DNA of 64,000 nt from an uncultured Pseudodesulfovibrio sp. (GTDB lineage Bacteria > Desulfobacterota > Desulfovibrionia > Desulfovibrionales > Desulfovibrionaceae). Position numbers and translations under genes: made by a program. The stretch is taken from contig OY776488.1 of the NCBI GenBank assembly GCA_963675635.1, forward strand, positions 411,740-475,739, written 5' to 3'. Below, piece after piece: positions 60,522 through 64,000 of the stretch. Within the stretch, counting starts at the first letter, position 1. Each line of letters starts with the position of its first letter. The notes beneath the pieces are model-generated. The model saw nothing but the letters and a program-made list of their open reading frames with translations. It searched no databases and was not told where the DNA came from.

Positions 60522-62327
60522 CTATTCGTTCATTTCTTTGATGAGGGAGCGCAACTCGTTGGCCAGTCGGGCCAGTTCGTTGATGGCCTCTGCGGATTGA
60601 TTCATGCCTTCGGCGGTTTCAAAAGCAATTTGGTTGATGTCATCCACTGCTCTGTTGATCTCTTCGGAGGCAGCGGACTGTTCTTCGGCTGCTGTTGCAA
60701 TGGATTGAACCTGTCCGGATGTTTCATCGGCGAAAGCCACGATGCGATCCAGGGATTCTCCGGATTGATTGGCAAGCTCAGTCGCCTGTTCTACAGCGTG
60801 CGCGGCGGTGTCGACGCTCTTGATATTGGATGCTGCGCCGTTTTGAATGACCTGGATGGCGTCGCCCACTTCCTTGGTAGCAGCCATGGTTTTCTCTGCC
60901 AGTTTGCGGACTTCGTCGGCGACAACAGCAAATCCTCGTCCCGCTTCCCCCGCCCGTGCAGCTTCGATGGCCGCATTCAGCGCGAGTAGATTGGTCTGAT
61001 CTGCAATGTCTTCAATGACATTCATGATCTGACCGATATCAGTGGTTTGTTCACCAAGCTTACCCATGGATGCCTTGAGTGTGGCGGTCAGTTCGTAGAC
61101 CTCGCGAATGGCTGTGGTGGCTTCGCGGACAACTATGGCGCCATTCTGGGCCTGTGTTCTTGCGTTGGTCGCAGATTCTGCCGAGTTGGCTGAGTTTCTT
61201 GCGACTTCAAGAACCGTTGCGTTCATTTCTTCCATGGCTGTTGCTGTTTGGGTCGTTCGGTCTCGTTGAACGTCCGCTCCGTGGCTTACTTGATCCGCCT
61301 GGGATGAGAGTTCATCGGCCGCTGAAGTAACCTGTTCCACGATCAGTGATGCTTCCTCTGCAACACGTTGCATCTTGGTCAGTAGAGTTGTGGCTTTTGC
61401 TTCATGTTCCCTGGCTTCTTCCATTGCTATTTCGGCCTTGGTCTTGGCTGTTTCGGCCTCTTCTTTTTGTTCAGCGGCTTCAAACATCTTGGCTTTGAGG
61501 TTGTCGACCATTGTTTCGATGCCATTCTTCACAACGCCAAGTTCGGCTGAGAAAGTGCCTTGTGGCGTGGCCTCAAGATCTCCTGATGCCACATCTTGCG
61601 CAAAAGTACGGATGCGGAACAAAGGATTGACAATCGTTACTTTGACCAAAAGCCAGACAACCACTCCGATGAGCAGTAAAATCAGTAGGGTTCCACCTGC
61701 CGTATACAGTTTTGCCTTGAGAATATTCGCTTTGGCCTTTTCCAGTGAAGATATGATTTGGAATGCGCCGTGAATTTCGCCGGTTTTCCATCCTTCCTTG
61801 ATGCCGCCGGTAGGGTCGATGTCACCTTTGGCATTCCCGTGACAGTACAGACATTCTTTGGTCAGCCGGATAGCGCGAAAATAACGGATCTGATTTTCTT
61901 CGATCAGAACCTTTTCTGTGAGGTCTTGTGCCTTGAGTTCAGCAAGGATACGTTCTTCCAGCGGAGTCGGTGTGTTCTCGGGGTTGCGAGGGCCGACTTT
62001 GGGCACCCGGAATTGAAAATCAAGTTCCTCGGACTGACGTTTTGCCATCTTGATGGCAGTAATGACAGGAATCGCTTCAAGGAGTTTCTCCTTGGAGTGC
62101 TTCAATTGGTCAAAAGGGGTGATAACTCCCATATCCAGTTTGCTCGACATTTCCTGTCGAGCAGCCTCAGCCATGAGAATTACTGCGCGACTTTGATCGA
62201 TTATTGCCTGTTCTTCGCTGTCCTGAATCTGGATAACCTGTTGCGTTGCAAGTATGACGGCAACAAGCAGAGGTCCAATCAGGGCGAGGGACATTACTTT
62301 CCATTTTAAACTGAGATTTTCAAACAT
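60522..62327 (-). CDS. methyl-accepting chemotaxis protein with a periplasmic CxxCH (c-type heme) sensor domain
   Basis: TM1, a ~170-aa periplasmic domain with CLYCHG ... GEIHGAF (DUF3365/Tll0287-like), TM2, HAMP, and the conserved MA signalling domain ([33 protein letters not shown]). Confidence 0.92.
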   Translation of the reverse strand: MFENLSLKWKVMSLALIGPLLVAVILATQQVIQIQDSEEQAIIDQSRAVILMAEAARQEMSSKLDMGVITPFDQLKHSKEKLLEAIPVITAIKMAKRQSEELDFQFRVPKVGPRNPENTPTPLEERILAELKAQDLTEKVLIEENQIRYFRAIRLTKECLYCHGNAKGDIDPTGGIKEGWKTGEIHGAFQIISSLEKAKANILKAKLYTAGGTLLILLLIGVVVWLLVKVTIVNPLFRIRTFAQDVASGDLEATPQGTFSAELGVVKNGIETMVDNLKAKMFEAAEQKEEAETAKTKAEIAMEEAREHEAKATTLLTKMQRVAEEASLIVEQVTSAADELSSQADQVSHGADVQRDRTTQTATAMEEMNATVLEVARNSANSAESATNARTQAQNGAIVVREATTAIREVYELTATLKASMGKLGEQTTDIGQIMNVIEDIADQTNLLALNAAIEAARAGEAGRGFAVVADEVRKLAEKTMAATKEVGDAIQVIQNGAASNIKSVDTAAHAVEQATELANQSGESLDRIVAFADETSGQVQSIATAAEEQSAASEEINRAVDDINQIAFETAEGMNQSAEAINELARLANELRSLIKEMNE

Positions 62328-62516
62328 CCTATCCTCATCGTGTGATTCTGTGGGGTAACCACAGTCAGAAACGGCTGACTGTCTCTACTCTTACTAATAG
62401 ATGATACTATGCTTTACCAGAGAATTGTGCAGTGCATTGTTGCAGACAAAATAACATGGCTTTGGAGAACAGGCTGTTATTATTTGATGTTTCTTCAACA
62501 ACAGGGGGAGCGGTAA

Positions 62517-62549
62517 GGAAAAAGGGCTGTGACATCTGCCACAGCCCTT
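62517..62549 (-). terminator. rho-independent terminator after the IclR gene
   Basis: AAGGGCTGTG-loop-CACAGCCCTT hairpin followed by a T-run on the minus strand. Confidence 0.85.
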
Positions 62550-62562
62550 TGAGTTGGAACTG

Positions 62563-63402
62563 CTAAGGTTTTACAAGTGATTCGGCAATCGCATCAATAT
62601 CCAGATTGAATGTTGTTTCCGGTGCCTGAAAAAGCCTGGATGCTTCAGCTGCTGCCTGTGGTATCTCCCGAAGGAGCTTCTGGGAAAATGATCGGTCCAG
62701 ACGCACAGTGGGCACGGAACAACTTATTGTAGCAATGATTGTCCCCGAATCGTTGAACACAGGTGCGGCGATGCATCGTATTCCCTGGAATAATTCTTCA
62801 AAATCCAATCCAATTCCTATTTCGCGGATGGATTCGATTTCTTTATAAATCATATTTATCTTGTCAGTATTAATATCGGAATTGCTGCGCCTTAAGTCCT
62901 TGATAAAGTTACGGAGCTCGTCATCAGATGAAAAAGCCAAGAAGACTTTCCCTGAAGCCGAAACGTATGCGGGAAAGGATGTTCCAATGATTGAATCCAT
63001 CTGCAAGGCGTGGCTGGAAGTTATTTGATGAACAACCACCATGTCTGTGCCGGAAAGAATGCTCAGGTTGACTGTTTCATTGACGTTATCGCGTAATTTT
63101 TGAAGAACGGGTTGCATCACGGATGCCAGATTGCTCTGGGAGGCTATCTGCTTGCCCAGTTTGTGGAATTTCAGTGTCAAGGCATACGCCCCGCCACGCT
63201 CAACTTGGTGCACATACCCCAACTCTTCCAGTGTCCGCAAAATGCGTTGCAAAGTCCCTTTGGGGATGGAGCAGGCTTCGTTCAGCGTTTTCAGCTTCCA
63301 ATGGTTATTTGTGGCCATTGTTTCAATGACAAAAAGAGCCTTTTCCAAAGAGCGCATCATATAATACTTGTCGTTCTGTGACATTGATTTTCCGAAATAC
63401 AT
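62563..63402 (-). CDS. IclR family transcriptional regulator
   Basis: N-terminal wHTH (SLEKALFVIETMA...LKTLNEACSIPKGTLQRILRTLEELGYV) and a C-terminal IclR effector domain. The start is ambiguous (63402, 63384 or 63360). Confidence 0.88.
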   Translation of the reverse strand: MYFGKSMSQNDKYYMMRSLEKALFVIETMATNNHWKLKTLNEACSIPKGTLQRILRTLEELGYVHQVERGGAYALTLKFHKLGKQIASQSNLASVMQPVLQKLRDNVNETVNLSILSGTDMVVVHQITSSHALQMDSIIGTSFPAYVSASGKVFLAFSSDDELRNFIKDLRRSNSDINTDKINMIYKEIESIREIGIGLDFEELFQGIRCIAAPVFNDSGTIIATISCSVPTVRLDRSFSQKLLREIPQAAAEASRLFQAPETTFNLDIDAIAESLVKP

Positions 63403-63478
63403 CCTTTTCTGTTTTTATAAATAAAAAACAGTATTATAAATTCTATACACGGTTGTGTGCAATAAGACCGTTGAAGCA

Positions 63479-64000
63479 TTAACTGTCTTCTGGCTCTTTG
63501 TCCAGCCAGTTGGGTTGTTTCAGTATGTGTATACCGTCTTTTACCAATGAAATACACATGGCAAATGTGAATATCATCATGGGGAACCCCGCGAGTGATA
63601 TCAGGCCGCGGACTGGTTCAATCCCTCCGGAGATACAAAGGACAAAGGCGATGAGTCCGGTGACAACACCCCAGACAATTTTCAGTCTTTTTGGGGGTTC
63701 CTCGCTTGCTCGAACGCCTTTGGTAGATATGATTGCCAGTGTAGCGACAAGAGAGTCAGTCATGGTGGCAAATGAAAAGACAATGGTGATGACAAACATT
63801 CCCATCAGAATTTTGCTGAAGGGGAATTGAGAAAGAAGAATATATACCATCGACTCCATGCCGAATTGCTGTATGCCTGACCAAACATCAACCAGCCCGC
63901 TCCACTGGAAGAATACAGCTGTACCGCCAAACGTTGCTATCCAGAAATGGCAGAAGATCGTTGGTGGAATGATGTTTACCAGAATGAACTGCCGGATAGT
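63479..64000 (-). CDS. BCCT family (betaine/carnitine/choline) transporter, C-terminal part only; the gene continues beyond the window
   Basis: The frame is open to nt 64000. Translation reads TIRQFILVNIIPPTIFCHFWIATFGGTAVFFQ... then continues into the listed ORF. This matches the conserved BCCT TM8-12 region. Confidence 0.85.
   Translation of the reverse strand, partial: TIRQFILVNIIPPTIFCHFWIATFGGTAVFFQWSGLVDVWSGIQQFGMESMVYILLSQFPFSKILMGMFVITIVFSFATMTDSLVATLAIISTKGVRASEEPPKRLKIVWGVVTGLIAFVLCISGGIEPVRGLISLAGFPMMIFTFAMCISLVKDGIHILKQPNWLDKEPEDS

Overview
This is a 64-kb chromosomal window. Its gene content and synteny look like a Desulfovibrionaceae-type sulfate reducer; that assignment is an inference, not a database result. 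I support about 55 protein genes and one tRNA-Ala(CGC). I found no rRNA, CRISPR array, transposase, integrase or prophage signal.

Main blocks, in order:
1. A 5'-truncated PAS/sigma-54 activator, a Trx-fold protein without CxxC, and a phosphohexomutase.
2. An orphan SBP, a TetR regulator and a C_GCAxxG_C_C protein.
3. A truncated Cache-sensor stub next to an unusual 13-TM MFS::ApbE fusion.
4. rlmE-yebC-ruvC and ruvAB, split by an opposite-strand secreted charge-block protein. They are followed by a 51-aa rubredoxin (not in the ORF track) with a CxC first knuckle and a repeat-bearing, terminator-capped 3' region.
5. A translationally coupled operon: AOR, a Cys-rich aldolase-like protein, and a CPBP protease.
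6. Housekeeping genes typA, aspA, rlpA and hup.
7. The complete pyruvate/lactate oxidation locus por-lctP-glcD-FeS-pta-ackA-lutC-lutBA. It has a good sigma-54 promoter and an adjacent hybrid HK / NtrC-type RR (plus tag).
8. A CBS-DASS-LbH-nhaB operon downstream of a PAS/Cys-cluster sigma-54 activator and a NifX-like gene.
9. An MCP with a CxxCH heme-type sensor, an IclR regulator and an edge-truncated BCCT transporter.

The candidates most worth follow-up are:
- the MFS::ApbE fusion;
- the CBS-DASS-LbH-NhaB module with its Cys-cluster activator;
- the face-to-face sigma-54 promoter pair at the HK leader;
- the CxC rubredoxin and its repeat-containing downstream RNA region;
- the AOR/aldolase-like/CPBP operon.

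All functional calls come from reading translated motifs by eye. No searches were run.
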